Of a DNA stretch of 64,000 bases, positions 1 through 12,877 are shown piece after piece. Positions within the stretch are counted from its first letter, which is position 1. Every line of letters starts with the position of its first letter. The notes beneath the pieces were generated by a model, which did no database searches, was not told the DNA's origin, and saw nothing but the letters and a program-made list of their open reading frames with translations. Source of the stretch: Chiloscyllium plagiosum (Eukaryota); assembly GCF_004010195.1 (NCBI RefSeq), contig NC_057720.1, positions 26,548,890 to 26,612,889 of the forward strand, in the 5' to 3' direction. A program made the position numbers and the translations under genes.

Positions 1-39
1 ATGCAACCAAAGTGGAAATAGACATGTATTGGGATGATT

Positions 40-620
40 TGATTTATTATTATTGTCACAAGGACTTAGGCACAGTGAAGAGTTTTGGTTTTGCATGCAG
101 TACTGGCAGATCATAGCATACTAAGTGCATTAGGGTAAGAGAACAGAGTGAAGAATACAATGCTACAGCTGCAGAGAGAGGTTGCACAGAGAGCAAGATC
201 AGCATTAAATTTAAAATTTGAGAGGTCCATTCAGAAGTCTAAACAACAGGGAAGAAACAGTTCTTAAATCTATTCATATGTGTATAGAAACTTCTATATC
301 TACTGCCCGACAGAAGAGGGTGGATGAGAGTATAACTGGGGTGGGAAGGTGTTTGATGATATTGGTTGTTTTCCTGATGTAGTACCATTGATACAAACAG
401 AGGCATGCCCTCCACTCCGCTTCTTTGAGTCAATGATCAGCTTCTTCATTTTGCCAATGTTGGAGAAATTGCTGTCTTTATCCCAAACCAGTAGCTCTCT
501 CTCCCTCCTTCCTGTATTGTGTCTCATTGCTGTTTGTGATGCAAGCAACAATGGTGGTGTCATTAGCAAACTTGAAAATGGAGTGGGGGCAGAATTTGGT
601 CACATATTTGTGAGCATAAG
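40..620 (-). mobile_element. Rex1/Babar-like LINE 3' fragment, degenerate
   Basis: ORF 239-433(-) contains HPSYTLIHPLLSGSRYRS..MNRFKNCFFP, resembling the Rex1 C-terminal motif HP.H.LF..LPSGRRYRS..T.R.KNSFFP. Confidence 0.6.
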
Positions 621-624
621 AAGC

Positions 625-1010
625 ACAGATGGTGCTCGTCTCAAGAGGAAGTGTGACACCAAGCTGTGAAATGTCTCACCTCAGAGAGGCCAAGGTGAGG
701 GATGGAATTGCTCTCTGAGAAACAAAGCTGGTGGCCAGAACCAAAAATAGTCTTTCATGTACTTAACTGAATTTTCTTTTGGGTTCAATCACTAACGGAT
801 TTTTGGAAGCTGTCTGATAATTTGGTAATGGGGCATGAGACAAGGAGAGGTAGAGCTGGTTATCATTTGCATACACATGGATCTGAAACTGCTATTTCCA
901 GATGACGCTGCCAAAGAAGTACATGCAGGTGAGAGGCCAGAGTAGGCCTTGAGGAAGACAGAAATGACAGTGCAGGAATGAGAAGAGATACCGTAGTCGG
1001 TGATAACTAA
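625..1010 (-). mobile_element. L2-like LINE RT fragment, degenerate
   Basis: Minus strand ~850-885 reads IHVYANDNQLYLS, a decayed YADDTQLY RT motif. Confidence 0.5.
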
Positions 1011-1625
1011 AGAAGTGGTTTCATAAGGCCCTGTAGCTACAAAGATTGCCATTTTGCACATTTAAGCTACCTACATATCCATGTTTCAGATGGGGAGATT
1101 TCTTGCCCATTTAGGGACCTCAATATTGTATCATTGGGCTTGGTGAGTTACTGGGCCTCCTTCTGCTAATCCCCAGTTATTATTTGGCATCTTTTAGGTG
1201 AGAAATTTCTATCATACCCATACCACCCCTCTGAAAATATTATTTCTTTTATTTCATTCTCGGTTAGGGTTTTCAAACCTTAGGTTGCCTGTCATTTGAC
1301 TACTATCTCAAGATAAACACTTCAGTGCCTTTTATACATACTATCCCCATCCCTCTTATGTCATTGGCAATCAAAAGGTTAATCAAACTGTACTATAAAT
1401 ATTTTCAAAGACTGAGGTTCCAACCTGGGTCACCTCCAGCTTCAGTTGAGTCATTTGTCCAATGACCAAAGCACAATCCTTTGGGATAGCGAATTCCAAA
1501 GATTCACCAACATCTGAGCAAAAAAAGAAAGATACCCCCATCTCAGTGCTAAATCCTTTTAGTTTTAAATTGTAGCTTCTAGTTCTAGATACCCCACCAG
1601 AGAAAATATCTTACTTGCATCTACC

Positions 1626-1661
1626 ATTCCTGAAGAAGGGCCTGTGCCCGAAACGTCGAAT
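1626..1661 (+). ncRNA. Minimal type I hammerhead ribozyme, intact core
   Basis: ATTC-CTGAAGA-A-GGGC(CTGT)GCCC-GAAA-CG-TC-GAAT; helix I ATTC/GAAT, 4-bp helix II, ACGU palindrome; predicted cleavage after 1657. Confidence 0.8.
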
Positions 1662-1719
1662 CTCCTGTTCCCTGGATGCTGCCTGACCTGTTGTGCTGTT
1701 CCAGCAATAAAGTTTCAAC
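1626..1719 (+). mobile_element. Short Penelope-derived hammerhead element, family A
   Basis: Starts at hammerhead helix I; TCTACC direct repeat at 1620-1625 and 1720-1725; same sequence as the 3' end of the Penelope remnants at 17347 and 43436. Confidence 0.8.
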
Positions 1720-2279
1720 TCTACCTTGTCTATCCCTTTAAGTGTTTTATATATTTCAAGGTGATCACCTCATTCTTCAAAATGCTAGAGAACATAGGCC
1801 CAGTACCCAATTTCTCTTTCTAGGACAGCACAGCCAATCCAGAAACAAGTCTGGTGAACCTCTTTTGCTATACCTCAATGGCAGTAATAACTTTCCTGAA
1901 TTAAGGAGATTACAACTGTGCACAGTTCATCAAGTGCAATCTAATGAATATTCATGAATAAATACAACTGAAATCAAGACTTCACTCCTCCTGTGCTCAA
2001 ATGCTGTTCTGATAAAGGCCAACAATCCATTAATCTAATAACTTGATGCACTTACATATTATCTTTAAGTTACTTTTATCAAGATCCCCAAATCCTTTTG
2101 GAAATCTATATTTTCCAACCTCTCTCTGTTTAAGAGCACATCTGTTCTTCCCACCAAAGTGGATAACCTCACATTTTCGCACATCATATTCTATGAGCCG
2201 TAATCTTGTCCAATCAGTAAGTCTGTCCAAGTTCTTCTGAAAATGCTTAACATCTTGCTCTCAATACAATTCTGCTCAT

Positions 2280-2860
2280 AAAAGTAGGAAAGTGTTGTTG
2301 CACTTGTACAAGGTATTGGTGAGACTGCAGTTGGACTACTGCATGCAGTTTGGTCCCCTTGCTTGAGGAAGGATGTAATTGCATTACAGACAGTTCAATA
2401 AAGTTTACTAGATTAATTCTAGAGATGAAATGCTTGTTTTATGAGGCAAGCATGAGCAGTTTAGGCCTATACTTTCTAGTGCTTAGAACAATGAGTTTAT
2501 AAGATGCTAAAGACGATTGACAAATTAGATGTAGAATGAATGTCTCCACGTGTAGAACAATCTATAATGAGAGATGATTGCTTTATGTCTGCAACTCCTA
2601 AGACTGAAATTAAGGTGAGGAGGAATTACATTTCTCAAATGGTTGAGTCTGTGGAGTTTACGACCCCAGAGTGCAGTGGACATCAGAATACTGGATAAAT
2701 TTAAGGAGGTGGTTTTTAATTAGTGACAAGTTAAAGGGTTTGGGGAGTGGGCAAGACAGTAAGTCGTGACAGTGATGAGATCAGCCAAAATGAAGGGCTG
2801 GGACAGATTCATGAGGCTGAATTTCCCACTCCTGATCCTATTCTGTTATGTTCTTATCTT
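2280..2860 (+). mobile_element. CR1 LINE 3' end, degenerate
   Basis: Decayed LYKVLVR..LDYCMQF motif and CR1-type 3' UTR. Confidence 0.7.
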
Positions 2861-2914
2861 TGAATCATCTGCAAGCTTGGAAATTTGTAATTATATCATC
2901 TGTCAATTTGGCTC

Positions 2915-3712
2915 CCATTTTCAAATGCAGCAAGACCCGGACAAAAATCTAGGTTTGTATTGACAAGAGGCAAGTAACAATCATATCACACAATTGCCAT
3001 GCTATAATCATTCCAGCAAGTGGGAATCTAACAATCACTCCTTAATACGCAACAGCATTATCATTGCTGACTCCCCCATTATCAACATCCTTGGAGTTAT
3101 CTTTGACCAGAAATTGAACTGGACTAGCCATATAAATGGTGGGATACAAGAGTTCACTCAAAGGCTGCAAAATCCTGCAATGGGTAACTTACTTCCTGAC
3201 TTCCCAGAGCATGTCCACCATCTACAAGACATAAAATAAGAATATCATTACTCCTATTTGCCTTTATGAGTACTGCTCCAACAACATTTAAGAAAATTGA
3301 CAACATATAGTTCAAAACAACCTATTTAATAGACAGCAAAATGTCAAATATTCATTCCCAACATTATCAATGCTCAGTGGCAGCATTGTGTGTCATTTAC
3401 AAGCTGCACTATGGAAATTCATCAGTGATCATTAACACTTTCCAAGTCCATGACCAATAACATCTAGAGGTAGCATATACATGGGAACACCACTACCTCC
3501 AAATTCCCTTTCAAGTCACTCACCATCCTGACTTAGAAATACATTGCAACCACTTCACTGCTACTGGGTCAAAATCCTGAAATGCTCTCCCAAACAGCAA
3601 TGTGGATGTACTGCTGTGATTCAAGACGGCAGCTCACCATTATCCTCTTGAAGGTAACTAGGGATGAGTAATAAATTCTGGCCTTGCCAGCAATATCCAC
3701 ATCTTTAAATGA
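2915..3712 (+). mobile_element. Second LINE family (CR1/L2 group), 3' part
   Basis: INILGVIFDQKLNWTSHIN RT thumb motif; 3' tail shared with 39295-40070 and 63400-63910. Confidence 0.7.
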
Positions 3713-5501
3713 ATACAAGTTAATACAAAAAAATCTACAATTGGTGATACATTTGTGCGATTAACATATTAAGTCCAAAAGTACCAGATGCTGAGCACCA
3801 GCCCTTAAAATATCAAAGTCCTGATGATCTAGCAAGCTTTTAATTGGTTATGATGACTTCCTCCTTCCACCTAACCTGTCAATCATAATTTAAATTTCCT
3901 GTTATTTCAGATGAGCTTCAGTTTCAAAGTTTTGAAGATATAAGAGCAGCATTATTCAACAAGAGCCATTAGAGTGCTCAAGATTCTGTTTTATCCTCAT
4001 ATCAACTTGGTGATTAAAATCAATTCTCCGATTTGGACTTTCTCCAGTACTCGAGAACAGAAGTACGCTATACAGCCCTTCAAATCTGTTTGAGCATTTG
4101 GATTGATGATGGCCTAACTATTTCTATTTAAGACGGGGATAGGTTCTTGATTAATAAGGGTATCAAAGGTTACAGAGAGAAGGCAGGAGAATGGGATTGA
4201 GAAACGTATCAGTCATGATCAAATGGTGGACCAGACTCAATGGGCTGAATGGCCAAATTGTGCTCTGACTTATGGTCTTATGGCTTCCCAATGCTTGCCT
4301 AGACTTTATATTTCTTGATACAATACCAACAATCAATGAATTAGATTAAGAAGCAGCTAGTCTGGTCTTTTGAAACTACCTTTTTTTTTAAAAAACAGGC
4401 ATCAACAGTTACTGTGGAATCACACATAATTCTTTAAAGGATATTGAATGGCTTTGGAATGTTCCATTAATATTTGGATGAATCATTTAGGCATTTGGAA
4501 CAATATAAATCATTCCAGGGAGATACTACACACTTTCAAACAGATGCATATATTACTCATTAGTTTAGAGATACAGGAAATTAGCAAACTAAGAGGGACA
4601 ATGTGACTTGCTTCACATTTCAATGAACATATCAGGGGGCAGCAAGATGTTATATAGTAAGGTGACTGCCACTTTTAATGGAACTAAAGCAGAAACTGAG
4701 GTCACACTATCTCAGCAATCTGAGATTGATTGTGTGCAGTTCACGCAAGCCAATTAAAATTCAAGATGCCACTGAGCATGCCGAGGAGGCAGTGGCTAGC
4801 AAAAGGGTTAATACTAGTTTGATGCATTGTGAAGGAGAATGAAGACAGAAAAAATATAATCAACATTACAGAGCAAGAGACATGTGCCCAGCCATCCAGA
4901 GGTTATCAGCTGCTATTCCATTGTGAATTGTCTAGATCCATTGTTTTACTGAGCATCATTCTTTCATTTTGATCAACTTAATAAATGCTGTGAAAGTTGT
5001 GAAAACATGCTGGAACCTAGAATCTAACTAATGAGGGCTAAGAAAGTCAGAGATTGGCTTTCTTAACTCAGGCAAACAAAAACGTAATTGACTTAGATCT
5101 TCAAATTAAACAGTTAATAGAAACTTCAAACCTTGCACCAAAGGCTGAAAGATATCAATATCATTATGTACAAGTTACTGTAATGAATTTTTATTGTACA
5201 TCCGTGCCTACCCTAAAGGAAAATTACTTTGGTTTGTGTCATTTACGGTGAAGCCTATTATCTGGTTTAGTTACAGATAAGATAGAGCTGGAAAATGAAA
5301 ATCAGAAACTGATCATGCAATTACTTCAAAAATTATAAATTGATTTCCTCTTCAAGCACTTAAACATACTTCGTCAGAATGTAGCCCAATAGTTTGCAAT
5401 ACTTTTAGAGCATAGTACTCTGTTTGTGAATTACATCATTATGCTGACTGTAAATAGGTGACATGATAATCCTACCCAATATTTTAAACTAATTAGAAGC
5501 T

Positions 5502-6497
5502 GTGGCTCAGTGGATAGCATTGCTCCCTCACAGAGAAACAGGTTCAATTCCACACTCAGGCAACTGTCTGTGTGGAGTTTGTACATTCTCCTTATGTCTG
5601 TGTGTTTCCTAAGGGTGCTCCGCTTTCCTCCTACAGTCCAACGATATGCAGGTTATATGGATTGGCCATGCTAAGTTGCCCATAGTGTCGAGGCATATGC
5701 AGACTAAGTGGGTTAGCTATAAGAAATGTAGGGTTACAGGGATAGGACAGAGAGTCATAGAGAAGTACAGCATGGAAAAAGACCCTTCGGTCCAACCCGT
5801 CCATGCCGACCAGATATCCCTACCCAATCGAGTCCCACCTGCCAGCACCCCGCCCATATCCCTCCAAACCCTTCCTATTCATATACCCATCCTCTTAAAT
5901 GTTGCAATTGTACAGCCTCCACCACATCCTCTGGCAGCTCATTCCATACACGTACCACCTCTGCGTGAAAAAGTTGCCCCTTAGGTCTCTTTTATATCTT
6001 TCCCCTCTCACCCTAAACCTATGCCCTCTAGTTCTGGACTCCCCGACCCCAGGGAAAAGACTTTGCCTATTTATCCTATCCATGCCCTTCATAATTTTGT
6101 AAATCTCTTTAAGGTCACCCCTCAACCTCCGATGCTATCTACCTGTGACTCCACTTTCAAGAAGCTATGAACCTGCACTCCAAGGTCTCTTTGTTCAGCA
6201 ACACTCTCTAGGACCTTACCATTAAGTGTATAAGTCCTGCTAAGATTTGCTTTCCCAAAATGCAGCACCTCGCATTTATCTGAATTAAACTCCATCTGCC
6301 ACTTCTCAGCCCATTGGCCCATCTGGTCAAGATCCTGTTGTAATCTGAGGTAACCCTCTTCGCTGTCCACTACCTGTAGTGGACTGTACCTCTTATGCTC
6401 GCATCCAAATCATGTGAGAGGTGGGTCTTGATGGAATGCTCTTTAGAGGGTCAGTATGGGCTGAATGGCCTGGTCATGCGCTGTAGGGATTCTATAG
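5502..6497 (+). mobile_element. HE1-type V-SINE split by a CR1 insertion
   Basis: tRNA-like head gtggctcagtgg..ggttcaattcc and V-domain; tail resumes at ~6420. Confidence 0.8.
5750..6373 (-). mobile_element. CR1 LINE 3' end with internal deletion, nested in HE1
   Basis: ORFs 5895-6125 (RGDL.E.YKIMKG..TRGHRF..FFTQR) and 6122-6370 (LQQDLDQMGQWAEKWQMEFN..KCEVLHFG). Confidence 0.9.
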
Positions 6498-6686
6498 TAT
6501 TAAGGGGAAAGTGCAGTGCACAAATGTCTCTGAAAAATAATCATATACAAAAGGTTAATTTCTTTAGACAAAACCTACTCCTTGACCATAATTTCCGTGT
6601 CTAGTAATCCTTTGACAGAATATGAATATTCAAGCATGTGGGGTAAAGATACCACATTCTGGTGCATTTACAATTCAAAAGCCTTC

Positions 6687-6972
6687 TTTTTTTAGATTAG
6701 ATTACTTACAGTATGGAAACAGGCCCTTCAGCCCAACAAGTCCACACGGACCCACCGAAGCGCAACCCACCCAGACCCATTCCCCTTCACCTAACACTAC
6801 AAGCAATTTAGCATGGTCAATTCACCTAACCCACACATCTTTGGACTGTGGAAGGAAACCGGAGGAAACCCACGCAGATATGGGGAGAATGTGCAAACTC
6901 CACACAGTCAGTCGCCTGAGGCGGGAATTGAACCCGGGTCTCCGGTGCTGTGAGGCAGCAGTGCTAACCACT
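6687..6972 (-). mobile_element. HE1-type V-SINE
   Basis: Near-complete reverse copy ending in a (TCTAA)n/poly-A tail. Confidence 0.9.
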
Positions 6973-7899
6973 TCTGTGTTTGCAATCTCTAGCCTGTGAA
7001 GAAAAAAACAGCTTCCTTACTGATTATCTCCATTTTAAAAACTGTTTATTCATACAACAAATAAAAAAAAGCATGTTGTTTCTTCAACATAAGATGAAAT
7101 TCTCCTTTCATCAATATAATCGACAGGAAGATATAGATTGCCCCAAAACATTAGGAGTAAAGGGATTAAATACACTAATTTCTATGGTACAGCACAGTCA
7201 CATCAGCATGGAAATACAGAGGTGTTATTGCCAGGTGATGAAAAAGATTGCATTCCCCTTGAATTGTGCATATAAAATATTCTGTGCCTGGATTTTCAAT
7301 GATTGAGGTCAATGTCAATGAAAATATTAAATTAAACCAGAGTTGAAATTCCTCTTACTGTGCAGACAGCATGTTAATTGGGAGTCAAATTGTTTGCCTT
7401 TTCTGGCAGACACACAAGAAAGTTTGACCTTACTTTATGTATGAGGATGGACTAAGCACCCAAAAACACCTGCAAGCATACACCCTAACCTGAAAATGTT
7501 GCCATTTAAATTTGCTAAATAATCCATTATCATAAACAGTGCTTTGGGGGCCTCGGTGATAGTGGGGGAAGAGTGTGACATCAGTAAAATAGTAGAGGGA
7601 CAGAACAGGCAGCAGGACACATTGCACTGGAATTAATGCAGGCTGTTGCTAAAGGATCCATTGCAGCCACCCAGTTAATTGTGGGAGAGGCCACTTGTCA
7701 ATCTCTCAGCAGCAGGAGAATCTCCCCGATTCAGTTGGACAGCAGAAAAACTAACCCAGGATTCCTGGCCTTTGCCTGCAGAATGCCAATGAGACTCATT
7801 AATAAGCCAACTGACATGATTATTCCTTAATCGTGTCACAATTGAGTGGCTCATTGGAGAATAAATAGATATTGAAGATTTTCTTATGGTCTCAAAAGG

Positions 7900-8240
7900 C
7901 TACCTGTTGGTAGATCTATTTGAAATCAATCCCATTTAGCATGGTGGTAATGCCACACAAAATGATGGAGGGTGTTCTAAATGTAGAAGATGGGACTTTA
8001 TCTCGAAGGACTTTGTGGTGGTCACTCTTACCAACATTGTCATGGTGAGATACCTCTGTGACTGGTAGACAGGTTTGGAAAAGATCATGTAGGGTCTCCC
8101 TTCTTGTTTGTTCCCTTATCATTTAGCTGTTAAACTGGGTCAGCAATATTTATGATTCAGCCAAAGTAGTCAGGAGTGGTGCTACAGAACTTCTGTTGGT
8201 GATAGACATTGAGAACATCTACCCAGATCTCATTGTGCAG
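7900..8240 (-). mobile_element. LINE endonuclease-region remnant
   Basis: ORF 7916-8122 contains VGKSDHHKVL, the APE-endonuclease SDH motif. Confidence 0.55.
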
Positions 8241-10164
8241 AAAATTCAAATTGCCATGATTGAAAGATTGCTTCCTGATTTCACTATTGAATGACGTAGC
8301 TCTAATTTTATTACAATGCTTTCTTGTTCTAGGTTCCACTAGAAGAGGTAGTAATTTTTCTAAATCTACCTTCAAATCCTTTTTTAATTAAAATGCTTTT
8401 GGATCTTGTCTCAATATTTCCAAATTGCAATAGAATATAAACCAAGGATATCATAATCCATTGTTTAACCTTTTAAAGGTCTGTAATTTAGTGTGTAGAA
8501 GGCTCACCGCTTATATGCTTTCTGCAGTAACATCCCCACCCATGTTCCTCTACACTCACTCTCAATCATCGTCAGGCATCCATACATGGTGTCTTTCTAG
8601 TTTAGTTGCAACCAAAATTCACCTCTTTAAACACAGCAGCAGCTGTTTTTCTGTCTTTTACTTAGCGGGCTGCAGATGGGAAAGATGTTTTGTGCAAACC
8701 ACTTGTCTACCAACAGAGAAACAACCCAGGAATGAGGCAAGTTCCCTGACTGACTCTGCCCAGCATTAGCCTACTTACCTTCCATTAGTTTTAGCTGCAA
8801 ACACAAAAAATTGTTTTGCTTCAAAGCAATCTTTCCTTCTCCGATTTCTTGTGAACATTTCTGAACACACTATATTTAATTTCCGATCCTGACCCAGCTA
8901 CATTTCAACTCCTGTTATTATTGTTGTGAGAGGTCCACTGCCATTGTAACACAAAAGGACACCGGAATGACGCAGCTACAAAAGCCTGAAGACTGACTGC
9001 CTATAATTAATCGTGCATAGAACTGACAATTAGAAAGGATCAGTTAGCTCTCAAACCTTCTGCAGACAAAATCCTTGAAGTAGGCCATGTGTACAGTGAT
9101 AAAAGCATGCTGAATCCTAAATTACACAGCTTAAAATATCTGGTAATTGTTTTTCACCGCATAGGAATAGACGAAGCAAGTAACAGAAGGCAATGAGCAG
9201 CTGGGCAAAGTGCTGCAACAGGCAAGATTCATACAAATATAATATTGAATCCTGGGAGTCAAGGTGGTACGCCATTGGAGAAGCCTAATCTGAAAATACA
9301 GTTCAATCATGAGCTCAATGAATATCAGAATAAGCACAAGAGACTGATTGGCCAACTCCAGTTACTAAGATAAAGACGACCCAGTTTCATTTTCTACAAT
9401 TAACATTCCAGGCCCAGAAATACTTCAGCTCACTCCATCACCAGACATGCAGTGGAGTGATCAATAGTGACCTTGATCATGATCTCATCAATATATCCAG
9501 GGTCAGAGGAAGGACAACTCATTTAGAAGTACTTGATACTCAAGCCACCATAAGCAGAGCGAAGGTGTCCATCAGAGGGAAACAAAGAAAATTGCTAGTT
9601 ACTGCTTCTGATCCAGAGCCACCAGACAAAGAATTTGTGCATAATAAAAGAAGGCTGAGCTGTAATAGGATGCATCCCATAGCAGCTGTTGATTAATCCT
9701 ATGTTTTGGATCCAAAGCTGTGTTACACAGGCTAACAACACAGGAATATTTCACATTAAAATTGCTTTCCCCAGGCTTCAACTCTCTTGATCGAATGTGC
9801 CCTCTTATTCTTAGATGTAACTATTTTGCAAACTATTGTGTTTCCAGAAAATTATTCAGTAAATGATAGAACTGAAGACAATCTTTGCATATTTTATCAT
9901 TATTTACAGCGATGCATATGACACGTGTACATCTCCAAACCCAACAACCACAGTTTCTATCCACGTTTATGTATAGCAATTCAAAAAAATCCCCAGATAA
10001 GGCCCATCACCTATATACAATTAACATGCAATGAATAAATAAGCCCTAAAGTGAAGCGAACAGCCTCTGCTGGGACCCAGTATATCCAAAGCTAGCCAAT
10101 TTTCCATTATTCTAATGGACTACCAGTGAACTTGTGCACAGGAGATTGGGAGAGTGTACCCAGG

Positions 10165-10295
10165 CATTCCTGATGAAGGGCTTTTGCCTGAAATACCAAT
10201 TCTCCTGCTCCTCAGATGCTGCCTGACCTGTTGCGCTTTTCCAGCATCACACTCTTGACTCTGACCTCCAGCATCTGCAGTCCTCACTTTCTTCC
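10165..10295 (+). mobile_element. Family A hammerhead element with 14-bp TSD
   Basis: AGAGTGTA(C/G)CCAGG at 10151-10164 and 10296-10309; starts at attc-CTGATGA-AGGGC; 3' core decayed. Confidence 0.85.
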
Positions 10296-10379
10296 AGAGT
10301 GTAGCCAGGTCCAATGATCTTCAGAATCATCTACATGATCTGGGTATGTGATGAAATTAACGTGGAATTCTGGTAGCAG

Positions 10380-10620
10380 GGAAGTGGTAGCTTAGTGGTA
10401 ACGTCACTGGACTCATTGTCCAGAACCTCAGGCTAACATTCTGGGGACATGGATTTGAACTCCACTAAATCAGCTGGTGGGGAAAAAAATGAATTAGAGA
10501 AAAATCTGTCCTGAATGTTAGCATAATGATAACGATATTAATTGTCTTAAAAATACCACAAATCTGGCTCACCAAAGGGAGTTAGCAGTACATTCCAAGT
10601 CTGGCCTATTTGCTGTAGTC
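10380..10620 (+). mobile_element. tRNA-derived SINE (second family), degenerate
   Basis: A/B-box-like head; homologous to 52815-53170(-). Confidence 0.55.
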
Positions 10621-12487
10621 CAGAAACTATCCAGACTATCACATCACATGCAAATCCAGGGGCATGCAAACATTTCTGTGCACAAGGAGTGTCAGGTCAT
10701 ATGAAGGCATTGTGATGAAAGAGCAACAGACCGTACAGAAAAAGCTTGTGATTAATGTATTTGAACTGTTGTAATCTACCTTCAAGATATTTTTTTCCCC
10801 AAGTCTTCGGTCATCTGCATTTTCTAGTCAAATTCCTGGGATGTTTGTGACACAATCTGCTGCCAAACCAGTTCCACTAATTATCCTGTGGGCTAGGAGG
10901 TGTCCATCAGTGTCAAGAAGTCAATCTTTGTTTCACGGGTGTTCAACACAAGTTCCAATTACACCCACAGTAAAACTGGTAACACATACAGCATCGCCAG
11001 TCTGTAGGAACCCTTTTTCCATAAGTCACACTCCCTTTTGGTGCAGAGACTGCAGCTATTTAAGCTCTTCAAATTTCTTTCATCTGTAAACTTGATTCAA
11101 ATACTCCCCAGACACCTGTCTGTGCAGGTGGGAGCTTGCACAGAATAAGGAATATATGCAAATTCTGAATACTGGGATTAAGTGGCCATGCAATTTTAGA
11201 CAATATAAGCAAGGGATTCAGAGACCGGGGCAATACAGCAGCCTGTGCTGAAGTGGATCATTGGGCTGATCTGCAAACTCAGCTCAAGTACAGCTTGGCA
11301 GGCATACAAATAGGCAGGTGACTCTCCAGTTACTGTCAATCCCACTGCCTGCACCCGCCACTGTGCAAGTGATAGGAGATGTCTTAGAAGTAGAGGACCT
11401 ACAGCCACAATAGAACTGATTATTTTTGACATGCATGCAAGACCATTCGAGCCTTCAGTGGAGCAAGGAAAGCAGTCAGCTGAATCGAAATGATATCCCC
11501 AACAGACTACGACACTCCCATAGTACAGCATAGAATAGGAGCATTGTTGATAGACTGCATGTATTTAATGCATGTACCACACAGGAGTAGCAGACAACAA
11601 GTTTAAATTTAAACTAATCCATCAATGTTGATTTCAGCAAAGGCACAAAAGATGTTACCTTAAATTCAGGGTTCACTTTTCAGATGCTAGTATAGCAGAT
11701 AGACAGTAACAGCTTAATGAAGAAGTGGTTTTTAAAAGATTTTTCAAGGCCAGGCCTGACTGCTGGTGACAGGATTCATACTATAAACTCTCTGACAGAA
11801 CATAACATCTGGTGGGACGTAAAAATGACATCAGACTCAAACCCATTTCATTGCTGTTGTTTTATTCCATCATGCTGACTCACACTGTCGGCAAGAATAG
11901 AAAATCATCTCGCTGCAAATTACATGTTAATTTAGAAAATCACTCCTTCATCTGCTGTATCATTAGATATTAAAGTATGAGGAAAGTATTCAACACTCAG
12001 CTTTACTTACTAGGCTTTGCTCATCCTACTGTTCCTCTGCATTAACCAAAAAATAACACTCAGACTCTTCCTTCTGTTTCAGTACCGTCACTGTTCAGAG
12101 TTTCCACCCTCTTTAACTATTCATGCTAGGCCTTCTCCATGATACTTTACTCATTCTGGACAGAATACAGGAGATATAGTCTAACTTCTAGCACACACCG
12201 AACTATGCGAACAGGGTTACAATCAGAACTTCAGATTCTCTTCTCTGATCACACAGTGGCATCATTGTCTCCTTGGGGACGCTATGGAATATTTTGCAGT
12301 TGTTTGAATGATTACAGGGGAGAGATCTAAGGCACTCTGTATCCTGGGAATGCTATAAAACCCTGTGATGTTTCTGAAACACTGAATTGAATGCAGTCTG
12401 AAGGGGGTGTCCATGACCTTTCCAAAATCCATCACTCCCACGTTGGCAGTAGCATTTTCAGCTGTTTTTTTTGAAACAGATCACCAT

Positions 12488-12722
12488 TTGTGGAACTGAA
12501 ATAACTGATAGGGGCCAGTATCCTGTCACGAAATAACCCTTTATTTATGTATTAGTGCACAATACACGGCTGTAGCCAGCCACCTCGGAGTCAGTCGCCT
12601 GTTTGAGAAGATTCCTCTCCTGGTTATATTTTCTTTATTTATAGGTCAGCTAGGGCTTCCTAATTGGCTCAAGTTATCAATCCCAATCAAGGATCTTGTG
12701 GTCAACCAATCCAATCACAACA
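12488..12722. mobile_element. Possible solo LTR (Gypsy-like)
   Basis: TG..CA ends, TTTATT (AATAAA on minus strand), CCAAT/ATTGG boxes; recognised by eye only. Confidence 0.35.
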
Positions 12723-12877
12723 GGAACATGATGGTATTTTCCACCTCTACCAGTATGCTACTTGGCAAGCACTGTTTGCTGCCACCAATTCTCCTTTGTC
12801 TTTGCCTTGTCTTCAGCCTAACTAGTGATTAGTATCAGAGGATACATACAGTACACATACCAGAGTATCTACAAGGG

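Larger units (their letters stand above)
1345..2270 (-). mobile_element. CR1 (HER1-like) LINE 3' fragment
   Basis: ORF 2030-2230 DRLTDW..KCEVIHFGGKN; interrupted by the insert at 1626-1719. Confidence 0.75.

Noticed and set aside
4628..4645. CTCF-like motif ATCAGGGGGCAGCA
   Set aside because: Partial match only, expected by chance
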